A DNA stretch of 64,000 nt, from positions 139,252,001 through 139,316,000 of the forward strand of contig OZ024742.1 in NCBI GenBank assembly GCA_964016885.1. Direction: 5' to 3'. This DNA comes from Eledone cirrhosa. Its lineage: Eukaryota. Position numbers and translations under genes: made by a program. Shown one piece after another: positions 1 to 13,099 of this stretch (position 1 is the stretch's first letter; every line of letters begins with the position of its first letter). The notes under the pieces are model-generated. The model was given only the letters and a program-made list of their open reading frames with translations, did no database searches and was not told where the DNA came from.

Positions 1-59
1 ATTGCAATATCTGCTCCTTATTCTAGATGTGGTAGACAGGACCTTTGGCACCACACAAT

Positions 60-745
60 GACGTCCTCTTCGGGGGTTGGTCCAGGTCCCAATGCCAAAG
101 TTTGGTGCTAGTCCCTCCAGGATTTTCCACATGTATATCACTGTGTATCTCTCCCGTCTTCGTTCCAAGGAGTAGAGGTTCACATCTTTTAGCCTCTCCG
201 AGTATCTTATCTCCTTCATCGTCGCAGTCCTCTTGGTGTAGCTACGCGGGATTGCCTCAAGCTCCGTGGTTAGTTTGACACTATGGGATGACCACAGCTG
301 GGAGCAATAATCCAGGTGGCTTAGGACAAATGTCCTCCATAGTGTCAACATGGTGTCTCGGTCCCTTGTCCGAGATCCAGCCAGCGAGTCGTCTGCACAT
401 TGTCGCCACTTTCATGATGTGTGAGGAAAAAGATGCATCGTCGCTCATGTCTATACCCAGGTCTCGTATCGATTTCGACACGGGAATGTCGGTCCCTCCT
501 GGTCCAGTGTAACTGTGTTGTACTGTATTTGTGTTTGCAGGTTTGTATTGTAGGGCTTGAAATTTGCCAGCATTAAACTGCATGTTGTTGTCTTCCGCCC
601 ATTTGTCTTCCGGCATCCAGATCTTGTTGTAAAAGGGCAGCGTCAGCCGTGTTTTTGATTGCCTGTGCTACCTTAGTGTCATCAGCATAGCTAGTGAGGG
701 ATGTTGTATGTACTACAGGGGGTATGTCTGAGGGAGCCACAAAAA
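60..745 (-). mobile_element. Decayed non-LTR retrotransposon RT fragment (CR1/L2-like)
   Basis: Minus strand reads TSYADDTKVAQA (~661-696), then WAEDNNMQFNAGKFQAL and RDLGI in ORF 281..616; frameshifted. Confidence 0.8.
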
Positions 746-799
746 AAAGTATATATACCTTCCTTATATAAGTTGGTTGATTTGAAAGGATCGTTTGAG

Positions 800-905
800 C
801 ACTGGCATGTCATTCCTGCTCTCTGAGTTCTGAGTTTGAGTCCTTCAAAATTCACTTTGCTTTCATCTTTTCGGGGTTGATAAAGAAAGTACCAGCCTAG
901 TGTTG
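800..905 (+). mobile_element. Diverged partial SINE
   Basis: TCTGAGTTTGAGTCC...TTTGCTTTCATC...GGGGTTGATAAAGAAAGTACCAG matches the core of the SINE family seen later in the window. Confidence 0.55.
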
Positions 906-1594
906 GTGCTACTTTTCTCCTTCCAGCTGTCTCACCTTTGATACTTCGCTGAATTATGGGCGGGACTGCCGAAATAATACACTAATTCGGCAAACCGAAC
1001 GCAGACCGCTCACCTATACACCTTAATAAAGCACACACCAAATTCTTGAAGTAGGAATTCAAGATTTTTAAAGTCGGATTCCATTTAATGAGTGATGATG
1101 TAAAGCTAAGTTTTTCAAGACATAATTCAGCACTTTATAATTTCTGTTGATTATTTTCTTTTATTAATACGTTTTCCCCTTCCTCTCAGAACTATAGTTT
1201 CAAATTGGGCACAAAGCAAGTCATTTTTATTTATGTATCTATTTTTTTTTTTTTTTTAGAAGTAAGGTGAAAGTCCTTAATTTATACTTTAGTTCATCGT
1301 TCCCAGAAGAATGAAAGTCAAAGTTGGTCATGGAGGATTTGAACACAGTACGTCATCAAACGCCGTAAAATATTCTGTCCGATTGCAGCGTTTCTTGGGT
1401 ATTTTAAATTTGAAAGAACCCATCCTTCTCTGGCTGGGTCTGAACACAACACCGATTTCTTACAACCGAAGAGGGGAACAAAGAGAGAGAGAGAGAGAAG
1501 GGGGGGAAGAGAGAGGGGGAGTGGGACAAATGGAGAGAAAGGGAGAGAGAATGTTAAAGAGGAAGTTAGAAAGAAATATAGATGAAGAATTAAC

Positions 1595-1700
1595 TCCAGT
1601 ACTGGACTAGTACTCTTTTATCGACCCAATAAGATAAAGTTAATCTCGGCGGGATTTGAACTCGAAGATTAGAGAGCTTCCGACGTGGCATTGCCGGTCC
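1595..1700 (-). mobile_element. Partial SINE
   Basis: TTTTATCGACCC...GTTAATCTCGGCGGGATTTGAACTC is the reverse complement of the SINE B-box/core. Confidence 0.6.
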
Positions 1701-2417
1701 ATTTATTCTTCATCGTCTCCAGTCGTACAATCTTTTACAAGGCATTTTGTAACACATCCCAGTCAAATGCAGACCACGAATACGAGACAGCATGGGCTGC
1801 TTGGGTTACTGGTGGCTGCACTGTTATTCACGATCCAGCTTTTCGACATAATTTAGGACGATAACAAATGTCTTTCCACGTGCAATGAAGATAGAATTTT
1901 AACTTAAACAACATTGTTTAACTGACTTCAGATGACTCGCAATAAACAACTGTGCGTGCATCAATACAGTACTCCATTCATTCACCGACACACATTGCGG
2001 TGACAAGTGTTTTTGCGACGGAGCTGCTCTTCGTCTTGGTATTCACTTGTGTGAGTCCCGTAAATGGCACAATGGAGCTACTATCGACAAATTCGAAGTA
2101 TGTTCATTCATTTGCACGTAAATCATTATGAAGCGTTACATAAGTTAGAAGCGTTAAGATAAGTTAGAAGAATGAATACTGCCTGAATTGTCTGATGGAC
2201 GTTCTACCATAGATATGATTATGCAATGGATACAAGAAAAATGCAGGGACCAAAGGAAACCGTGTCACTGATGAGATATTAACGAATCTTGAAACAACCT
2301 TCTAGCACTCACAATGGTTACTGAGATATCTGTGACCTGTTCATAACGATATTCTCAAGTATAATGTATATAGACATATAGTATATGCTTGCATATAATG
2401 CTGTCTTAGTGTTACTG

Positions 2418-2490
<73 letters not shown>

Positions 2491-2499
2491 CATATATAT

Positions 2500-2860
2500 A
2501 TAGGGCGGCCGACTGAAGTAGAAGCTGCTAAATAGTCGGTCGTCCTGTTGTCTCTGATTTTCAGCCCCATGGATTTTATCTGTTATATTCCTTTGTTATA
2601 TTTCGAATACCTGATGATATCACCAGATTCGTACTGAACCCGGTCATTGAAATGATCATAGTATAATAAACCTTTCAAGGATTTACACAAGTCCAGCCTC
2701 CTGTTATTTTATAATAATTAACTCCGTACTCGCACCACCAACTACATAAACGAAGACGGGTGAGTTGCATCACGTTGAGTACTCTCCATAATATTACACC
2801 GAGATTGACCATACGGATTGACCAGTTTTATCCAGTGGAGAACCAACAAACCTAAATAAA
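2500..2860 (+). mobile_element. Dispersed repeat between (TA)n tracts with a hammerhead-like core (Penelope pLTR-like)
   Basis: Homologous to 9430-9770 (inverted) and 10720-10930. Contains CTGATGA-stem-GAAA at ~2611-2655. Confidence 0.6.
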
Positions 2861-2865
2861 TATGT

Positions 2866-2978
<113 letters not shown>

Positions 2979-3072
2979 TATATACATACATACATATATA
3001 TGTGTGTCTGATGGTAGCTAAGATGTTTCCATAGGCGGTATGCCGTTTGAGCACTCTATGCTCTTACAGAGC

Positions 3073-3157
<85 letters not shown>

Positions 3158-3279
3158 TAGTACAAAAAAAGTATGACGTTTCGTTTACATGTAAAATATA
3201 TTTATTGTGTATCGACCTGTTACGCGCGTTTCACAGAGGATTGGCTCATGGTCACCCATAGTAATTAACTGTACTACCC

Positions 3280-3356
<77 letters not shown>

Positions 3357-4082
3357 AAACATACATATAAACGAAAAGACGGCCATGTTGAGAAAAGAGT
3401 AGTGAGGAGGGGGTCTTTATTAACAGTGGTGAAGATGGAGGAAGAAAGAGAAAGAGAGAAAGAGAACGGGGCAGACAGGGTATCAGTTGGATTAGTAACT
3501 ACAGCCATAGTAGGAGTAGCTATATAAAAGTGGCGGTGTTGTTGGGAGAGAGTCGTGGTAGCGGTAAGAGTACAGACAACAGTGACAGCAGGAGTAAGGT
3601 GTGTGACGTCATAAGACTGACGCTGCAGAAAGTTAACGGTGCAAAGATGTTAAGATTTCTAATTTGAGTTAAGTTTGATTTATTTCTGTCATTAAATGGC
3701 AAACTGATGACAATAATTGAATATAAATTAACAACATGTTGCCAATGGAATTTCCTCTTTTATATATCCGGATTTGAAAACGTGTTTTCATTTCTACGGT
3801 CCATTATATAGAGAGAGCTGGATAGAAAGTTCTCGCCATTTATCAAATGTTCATTGCCTTTGGCGTTTTCTAATATTTGCGATTACCGACTACCATCGTT
3901 TAGGCATCTGAAATTTTTCAGACTAATAATATATAAACACATTGAGCTAATTCTGAAACTACTTGCAATTATATACAATTCTCTACATACATTTGAGCTT
4001 TGTATATTTTACCTTTTACCTTTGCTATATATATTTAGCTGTCGAACGGCCGGAGCACAACCTATGGGGTCCTGGTACTTTT

Positions 4083-4775
<693 letters not shown>

Positions 4776-4799
4776 AAATAAACGTAATTTTTATATCAA

Positions 4800-6830
4800 A
4801 TTATTGATATAAAATAGTAAATAAAATATTGGTGAAATCAGACAAAACCAACAACTTATATGGAATAGATAAAACAGAATACAAGGGCTTAATTTTAAAA
4901 GAATTGAGAAAGAATTACAGAGAGGCCCCGACTGAGGATCTAGTAGATATCAATAATGATGCCTTTGAAATAATTGCCAAACTCGGAATTGAAAGAAAGA
5001 CCGAACCTTTCATACCAAGGCAACCGAGGATAAATTTTAAAGACCACAAAGGAAATTTCGAAGAAGACTTGCACCTTCTAAGTCAGACATTGGAATAATT
5101 AGTAAAAATATTATAGATAGAATTTTGCCAACTTTGAAATTGAAGTCAAAGCTTAACTTATTTAAGGACACTAGTGAAGTCATAGATTGGTTTAGGAACA
5201 TTGAAAATAAGAAAGATCATAAATTTATTCAAATGGACATAGCGAGTTACTACTCATCTATAACTCCTAATCTTTTGAATAAGGCTTTATCTTACGCATA
5301 TAAACACACTGATCTATCTAGTGAGGAGATTAATATCATATTAACAGCTAGAAGAACCTTGATTAATTTTAATAATGATTTTTATTCGTTCTGATAGGCA
5401 TAAAAATTTCGATATTACCATGGGATCGTCTGATACTGCGCAGGTTACCGATCTTCTGGGAATTCTTATCCTTAATACGATAAATAGAAAACTGCCGGAG
5501 ATTACCGGTGGTTTATATAGGGATGATATATTATTTACTGTAGTTAAACATAGTAATAGTGAACTAAATAGGGTTAAGAAAACAATTATAGAATTCTTTA
5601 AAAATTACGACCTCAAATTAGAAGTAGAAAGTAACACTAAAGTAGTTAACTTCCTAGATGTCACTCTTAATTTAAATTCAGGACTTTATTAGCCCTTCCA
5701 TAAACCCAATGAAAACATAAATTATGTTAGCTTTTATTCCAATCATCTTAAATGTGTTAAGAATGCAATAGTCAATAATGTTCAGCAACGTCTAACTAGA
5801 TTATCTGCTAACAAATCCATCTTTAATAACAAAGCTGGATATTATAACGAAGCGTTACATAAGGCAGGATATAAAAATAATATATAATATGTAGATAATA
5901 GTAAGTCTAATTATAAACTAAATAATAATAGCAATAATATAAATAAAGCAGACGGTAAAAATAAATATAAAATAATATAAATATAAATAAAAATACTAAT
6001 TTCGTGAATAAATCGGGGAAAAAAAATTAGAACTAAATCTGTTATTTAGTATGCCCCACCTGCATCTTTAGTTATTAAAACACCTTTAGCACAATTATTG
6101 TTTAAAGCTTTAGATAAATGTTTCCCTAGAACACATAAATACCACTCTGTCTTCAATAGACATCCTACTCAACAACTATGAATATGGCTCCAAATATTGC
6201 AAAAATAAATAGCAGAATTCTTAGTTATAACCTACAGATAATTAGTGATAATGACAATATTAATATTAACAATAATATAGTTACAGAGAATAACAATAAC
6301 ATTAATTTAAGGACTTACAGTAGAACACCTACAAATATTAGCAATGATAATGAGAACAGTTTAGATTATAGAAATAACAGTAAATCGAATTGTAACTGTA
6401 GAAAAAGATCTGCATGCCCTTTGCAAAATAACTGCCTTGATAAGAACTTAGTATATAAATGTACTGTTAAGGCAAATAATATTACCTATAACTACATAGG
6501 TAATATCGATCTTTAAACTGAGATTTTCCAATCATAAACATTCTTTTTCTAATCCGGATAAGAAATTTCTACTTCTTTATCACAATTAATATGGTCTTTA
6601 AAAGAGAAAAATATTAAATACTCAATATTTTGGTCCAAACTTCGCAACTGTCAAGTTTACCAAAATAACTCTATCTATCCTAACTGCAATCGTTGTAATA
6701 CTGAGACTCTATTAATAATTGCTAATTATGGTAATTTAATTAACAAAAAAAATGAGTTATTCTCAAATTGCTTGCACAAATCTGCATCGACATTTCTAGC
6801 ATCACATAAAATTAGGCAAAAACATTGACT
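4800..6830 (+). mobile_element. Penelope-like element, RT plus GIY-YIG endonuclease, disrupted
   Basis: ORF pieces carry QMDIASYYSSI, ITMGSSD, GLYRDD and VNFLDV (RT), then CNCRKRSACPLQNNCLDKNLVYKCTV...YNYIG (GIY-YIG). Multiple frameshifts and stops. Confidence 0.9.
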
Positions 6831-8011
6831 GATTGAGAAAAGATCTGACTCTTATTAATAATTCTGAGTGAGAAAATATATTGACTCTTATTAATAATTC
6901 TTATAACGCTTTTATTATTACTGCTGTTAATATTGTGTATAATGTTTCTACCTAACCTTAAGAATTGTATACCTGCTCTTTTAAAAAGTATGATAATTTC
7001 TTGATTGTTTAAATACCCCTAATTTTGATTTAACATTTTTTAAATCCTATATCTTTTGAATTTGATATCTGTAATATCTTCTGATTCTTAAACCGTTTAA
7101 TTACTTTAAATGTTTGAATACGTCGTACGAAGATATTGTCTACATTTATCGCACATTTATCGTATATAAGTTTCGTTTTGTCTAAATTGATTTATAGTAA
7201 AATTGATACAGTAAAATTTAGTTAAATCAAAATAATAATACCCTTTACTCTAATTATAACTAATAATTAATCTTATATATAATTGACAGATTTAAATCAT
7301 ATAGTTTATAAAAGAACTATACACATGCTAATATCTAAATAAGTCCAGTTTAATAATATCATATTTACTATAGTATCATATTTACTATATTTATAAGCAC
7401 CATTGTTAGTTAATAATATCTTTAATTTTGATTTTTGTAACCAAATTATTGAGTATATTTACTAATTTAAATATACCCATGTTTACCCTTGAAATTATGT
7501 CAAATTATCTTTTTCAATTTATATTGTTTTAACTATGATATAATATAATAGTATAATTTCTTTCAAATATTATAGACTAAAAATTTCCTGATATTTAATT
7601 GATTATTTCTACCTAACTTAATATTTGAAAAAAAAACGGTCATACATTACATACCTTTATTCTTCTTTTCCTTGAATAATTATAATATACAATACATATC
7701 TCCCCTATTTGTTTTTAGTATCATCTCTCTATATTTTTTCCTTACTCTCCTTTATTTAGCTCTCTCTTTCTCTCATTTGCTCCTTCTCTAATACAGATGT
7801 TTACATATCTAATTATTTAAATTTTTAACAGTTATGTAGTTATAGGTTTATATACTTTTTGCTTGTCTTTATATATTTTTTATACACGTTCTCATACGAA
7901 CCCTCTCAGTTATATGTAGTTTGTCATGTTACAAATATTGAGTTTTGTCATAACTAATCACTGCTAAGATTGGAATTGAAACATCAGCACAGTTGAGGTA
8001 CGTCAAACATT

Positions 8012-8082
8012 AATTTATTTTATCTGATGAGGACGCACTGATGAAATAGCTCAGTACCTCTGAAATATGTATAATAAAATAT
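8012..8082 (+). ncRNA. Minimal type-I hammerhead ribozyme-like motif in the Penelope 3' region
   Basis: TATTTTAT-CTGATGA-[GG..CTGA...TCAG..CC]-GAAA-TATG-TA...ATAAAATA: conserved core plus stem I and stem II complementarity. Confidence 0.5.
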
Positions 8083-8194
8083 ATTTGATCACATGAATGT
8101 CTATATTTATTAATATTTTGAAGTAATATATATATATATATATAAATTTTGAGTAAATGTTGGTTGTTTACCGACACCTGATTGGAGCACTCGA

Positions 8195-8731
8195 CGAAGT
8201 ACGCAGGTTGGTTTCTTTACTCCGGAGTAATGTATAATAAATAAGTCAAACATGTAAAATTTGGCTTCGTTTATTATAAATTCTCTGTTAAATATATTTC
8301 AGTGACAGCTATTATTGGCTGTGACCTCTTCAGGCAGTCCGAATTAATGTAGAAAATACAGGTAAACATATTGTTGAAATGTGTTCCAATCTGTCAATTC
8401 ATCGATATGTCCAGCTCCTGGGTGTGTTGTTAGTCCTACGAGGAACTGGAATCATGTATGGAGACTGGAGCAATCGCCGAAGTACGCAGGCTGGTTTGTT
8501 TACTCCAGAGTAATGTAAAATAAGTAAGTTCCTCGGGGACTAACAACACAGACAGGAGGTGAATATATCGATAAATTGACAGAGTGGAACAACATGTTTA
8601 CCTGTCTTTTCCACATTAATTCGTACTGCCTAAAGAGGTCACAGCCAATAATAGCTGTCACCGAAATATATATAAGAGAGAATTTATAATAAACGAAGAC
8701 AAATTTTACATTTTTACATGTTTGACTTACT

Positions 8732-8735
<4 letters not shown>
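8195..8735. repeat. Inverted repeat with ~200 bp arms and a hammerhead-like core (pLTR-like)
   Basis: ~8235-8445 is the reverse complement of ~8520-8735. Each arm has CT(G/A)AAGA-GGTCACAGC...GCTGTCAC-GAAA. A third copy lies at ~18780-19090. Confidence 0.7.
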
Positions 8736-8782
<47 letters not shown>

Positions 8783-8796
8783 ACACACAGAGACAA

Positions 8797-8854
<58 letters not shown>

Positions 8855-9089
8855 ATATGTAATATATATATACTCTTTTACTCTTTTACCTGTTCCAGCC
8901 ATCCGGCTGAGGCTATGCTGGGGCACCGCCCTTATATATAGCCGTTTTGGAAGCCTCAACAATGCACATGGGCAAATCATCGGGTAACAAAAGCAGGTGG
9001 TATTGAGAGAGGGGGATGTAAGAGGAAGCGTAGAAATAGACGTAGGGATCGTAAAAGCACGTAGGAAAAGTGTAAAAAAAAATAGTTTC

Positions 9090-9300
9090 TGATTTAGGCA
9101 CAAGGCCAACAATTTTGAGACAGGGGAAAGTCGATTAAATCGATCCAAATGCATTACTGGTACTTTATGTTATCGACCTCGTAAGGATGAAAGGCAAAGC
9201 TAACCTGGGCGGGATTTGAACTCAGACACTAAAGGGCCGTAACTCTATGCAGCAAAGCATGGTGTCCGACACTCTACCGATACAGCCAAACCACCACCCT
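9090..9300 (-). mobile_element. SINE
   Basis: Reverse complement of the GGTGGTGG...GAGTTCAAATCCCG...CGATAA..AAAGTACCAG family. Confidence 0.8.
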
Positions 9301-9396
9301 TAAAAGTATAAAAAATAATAATACGAGATAGAGTTACCTTGGAAGCGATTTAATTACGCTCTCTACGTCCCTTTCTACGCTTCACCCCTCTCTCTC

Positions 9397-9427
<31 letters not shown>

Positions 9428-9557
9428 TTAGGTTTGTTGGTTCAGATAGAATTGGTCCTTCCGTATGGTCAATCTTGATGTAATATTATGGAGAGTACTC
9501 AACGTAGTGCAGTTCACCCGTCTTCGTTTGTGTAGTTGGTGGTGCTAATACGGAGTA

Positions 9558-9869
9558 AATAAATAAAATAACAGGAGGCTGGACTGGTGTAAATCCTTGA
9601 AAATGTTATTATACTATGACCATTTCAATGACCGGGTTCCGTATGAATCCGGTGATATCATCAGGTATTCGAAATATAACAAAGGAATATATAAAATCGA
9701 TGGGTTCGAAAAACAGAGACAGAGAGGACGACTGACCAATTAGCTGCTTTCACCTCGGTCAGGCGCCCTCAAGTGATGGCAACTCGGTCTACTAATGACC
9801 ATCTGGTGAGAAGGCTAAGGTTTATAATGTACTACCACCTCTCCGTCAGAGAAGAAAAAAAAGAGAAAA

Positions 9870-9905
<36 letters not shown>

Positions 9906-10930
9906 AGAAAAGTCAGCGTAAGAGTCACACTACAGTCATGGTAGAAGACGCCGCGAAAAATGTTATTCCAAAGAACCCATATTTTAACAAAGGCATATAT
10001 ATGGGTGTCTGTATGGTCTAATGTGTGAACAGAAAATTGGAACGTTAACTTATGTTAAGAGTTATAGGATGTGAATAAACCCCTCCTGTGTGAATTAATA
10101 GTATTCGTTTGGTATAGACAATGGCCTGTAGAAGCTGGTTGACTTCCCGCTAACACACCCCAAGCCTATCACAGTTACGTTCCTAGAGTACTCGGAAAAA
10201 TTAATTTCCATTTATTTCGCTAGACGATACCATTCGAAACTGGCTGACACGTGGTTAGGAGGTGCTGGCTGGGATTTACAATCGAAGGCTTTCATCTTTA
10301 CTCTATATCCCACCTTGATAACTTATCGAGATTCCCTATGATACACTTAACCTTTTCATATAAGACTCTCTCTGTAGTTTCATTAAATAAATCTCGCAAC
10401 ACAAACCTTTAATTTTTTATTAATTTTCTAATAATTTAATTTCATCCTATAACATAAGTTAACGTTCCAATTTTCTGTTCACACATTAGACCATACAGAC
10501 ACCCATATATATGCCTTTGTTAAAATATGGGTTCTTTGAAATAACATTTTTCGCGGCGTCTTCTACCATGACTGTAGTGTGACCCTTACGCTGACTTTTC
10601 TTCTTTTTTCTTTCTTTCTTTCTTTTCTTTTTTTATTCTCTGGCGGAGAGGTGGTAGTACATTATAAGCCTTCGCCCTCTCACCAGATGGTCATTAGTAG
10701 ACCGAGTTGCCATCACTTGAGGGCGACTGACCGAGGTGAAAGCAGCTAGTTGGTCAGTCATCTTCTCAATCTCTGTTTTTCGGACCCATGGATTTTATAT
10801 ATTCCTTTGTTATATTTCGAATACCTGATGATATCATCGGATTCATACGGAACCCGGTCATTGAAATAATCATAGTATAATAAACTTTTCAAGGATTCAC
10901 ACTAGTCCAGCCTCCTGTTATTTTATTTAT
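9558..10930. repeat. Large inverted repeat, ~500 bp arms with ~370 bp spacer
   Basis: ~9558-10072 is the reverse complement of ~10443-10930, with scattered mismatches. Confidence 0.9.
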
Positions 10931-10938
10931 AATTATAC

Positions 10939-11063
<125 letters not shown>

Positions 11064-11272
11064 GGCGCGTGGCTGAGTGGTTAGAGAAAGGACACATAGT
11101 GAACAGAAAGAAATTGTTTCTGAAAAAGTTTTAAGACTACAAAGCATGTATCTACTTGCTTGTTTGCAAAAATGAATGCTTAAGATACAGTATTTGATTA
11201 AAAGCTTTATAACATCGTGTGTATGGCATTTTTATCAGCAGATATCGTTGTCGTTGTCAACAGTCAACATCA

Positions 11273-11303
<31 letters not shown>

Positions 11304-11432
11304 TATTTTGTTTAGTCCATAAATTATTCAAGGTTTTAAGTCAATCCTCGGAAGAAAAATATTGTGGAATTTTTTAGGTAACCAATAGCAATAATCTTCA
11401 GTTGCATCAATAGAATTTAATAACACTGCACA

Positions 11433-11443
11433 TATATATAATA
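11433..11443 (+). promoter_or_regulatory. Candidate TATA box of the micro-exon gene
   Basis: TATATATAATA about 55-60 nt upstream of ATG 11497. The AT-rich background weakens this call. Confidence 0.4.
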
Positions 11444-11496
11444 GGAAGTTTTACCGGTAACTTTATTCTGAAGAAGATCTTCCTACATTAAAGATC

Positions 11497-11545
11497 ATGA
11501 AGACTCTAAGTATTTTCAGTATGTTCATCGTTGTTATAGTTTGTG
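11497..11545 (+). CDS. Micro-exon gene, first coding exon: signal peptide MKTLSIFSMFIVVIVC + G
   Basis: Unique non-repeat sequence. ATC-ATG-AAG start, hydrophobic core, strong phase-1 donor TG|GTAAGT at 11546. Phase matches the downstream micro-exons, and joining gives VIVCAGVAG, a plausible cleavage region. Confidence 0.75.
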
Positions 11546-12734
11546 GTAAGTATTGTACGATACTAAATTTTTTACTATTTTAACTAACTACTAATATGCA
11601 CTATATTTTATTATATAAAAGTAAATGTATCTATATATCCATGTATGTTATCGCTTTCTCTTAATTTTTAGCTTATTTCTGACCGGCGACCTACCTGGTT
11701 GCAAAGTTCTATTGAAAAGGAAATTGTCATCGTCTCTTGTGTAAGCGTTTATCCCTTGAATCGTAAGAATGTTTTACAAATGTTGAAAGTTCCAGTTATC
11801 ATGGCCATTTGTAGCTTATAAATTAAGTAGCTACGTTCTTGCTCCACAAATCCAAGTTCCGTTATACTTTTCTCTTGGCGATTTGGTATATAAGCTGTAG
11901 CTTCAATAATAACGGGTATGAAGCTGAACGTGTACCTTGGATACTAGATCAACATTTTATGTATGTATGTACATGCGTATGTATATATGTTCCTCCAACC
12001 TTTGACGAGTTTTGTTGTTCATCCTTGAGGGTTTCCAAAACCACCTTCCTCACCAAGCAAGCTTGGTAGGGTTGCCGGCTTAGTCGCCGACGACCCGACC
12101 ATGCACCGGTTGTAGTGGGTTACATGTTACCAATGGCGTTGAAGAGCGAGCGACATGGAGAGTCAACGGCTATTCAATAAAGTACTTTCTTTCTTTTTGT
12201 GGAGCGAGAGACTCCTAGTCATCATTAAGACATCTCTCTAGGACAAGGTCACTCTGAAACCTGCGACATCCAATGATGTAAACCAGTTCTACATTTGGGG
12301 TAAATGTATTCGATGTTCAGAGAGTCGGATTGGACCCGTGCTTTCCTCACTTAAAAAAGCTTCAAGCATAGTCATTGCTTGATATATGACATTTTTTGCG
12401 ATGCATGGCATTGTTGGTCATAGGCAAGTTCCCAGCGGGTCTAAAATGGAACGTCCGTGATGCTCATGCTTAAGTATCGAGCGATGGCATTACTCAAAAT
12501 TCGAGTTTCAGCCATTATGTATGTATGTATGTACGTGTGGGTGGATGTATGTATGGATGGATGGGTGGATGGATGGATGGATGAATGGATGTATGTGTTT
12601 ATATATGTATATATGTATGGATGGATGGAGGGATGGACTGATGCATGGATGTCAAAGTTGCTGAAATTGTTCGAGTCAGATGAGATGACTCGAGCAATTT
12701 TTCCGGCTCTGTGCCTTCAAATCCCATAACGCAC

Positions 12735-13045
12735 TAGGGTCGATTTAATCGACTTTCCCCTTCCCTAAAATTGCTGGCCTTGTGCCTAAAGTAGAAACTA
12801 TTATTATTATTGTAATGGCGGTGGATTGACAGTATCAGTAGAACGTCGGACACCATGCTTTGCAGCATAGAGTTATGGCCCTTTACGTTCTGAGTTCAAA
12901 TCCAGCTTAGGTTAGCTTTGCCTTTCATCCTTACGGGTCGGTAAAATAAAGCACCAGTAACGCACTTGGATCGATTTAATCGACATTCGGCTCCAAATCG
13001 CTGGCCTTGTGCCTATAGTAGATACAATTATTATTATTATTATTA
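12735..13045 (+). mobile_element. SINE 3' fragment followed by a full SINE with (ATT)n tail
   Basis: GGCGGTGGATTGACAG...GAGTTCAAATCC...GGCCTTGTGCC..AGTAGA.ACAATTATTATT. Confidence 0.8.
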
Positions 13046-13099
13046 TATTTTTTGTTTGAAATAAGAAGACGTGTTATTCTGAGCTCCAGTAAGTTTGTT

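Noticed and set aside
11672-11760. Possible exon 2 after TTTTTAG at 11671
   Set aside because: In phase 1 it reads GCT TAT TTC TGA, an immediate stop.
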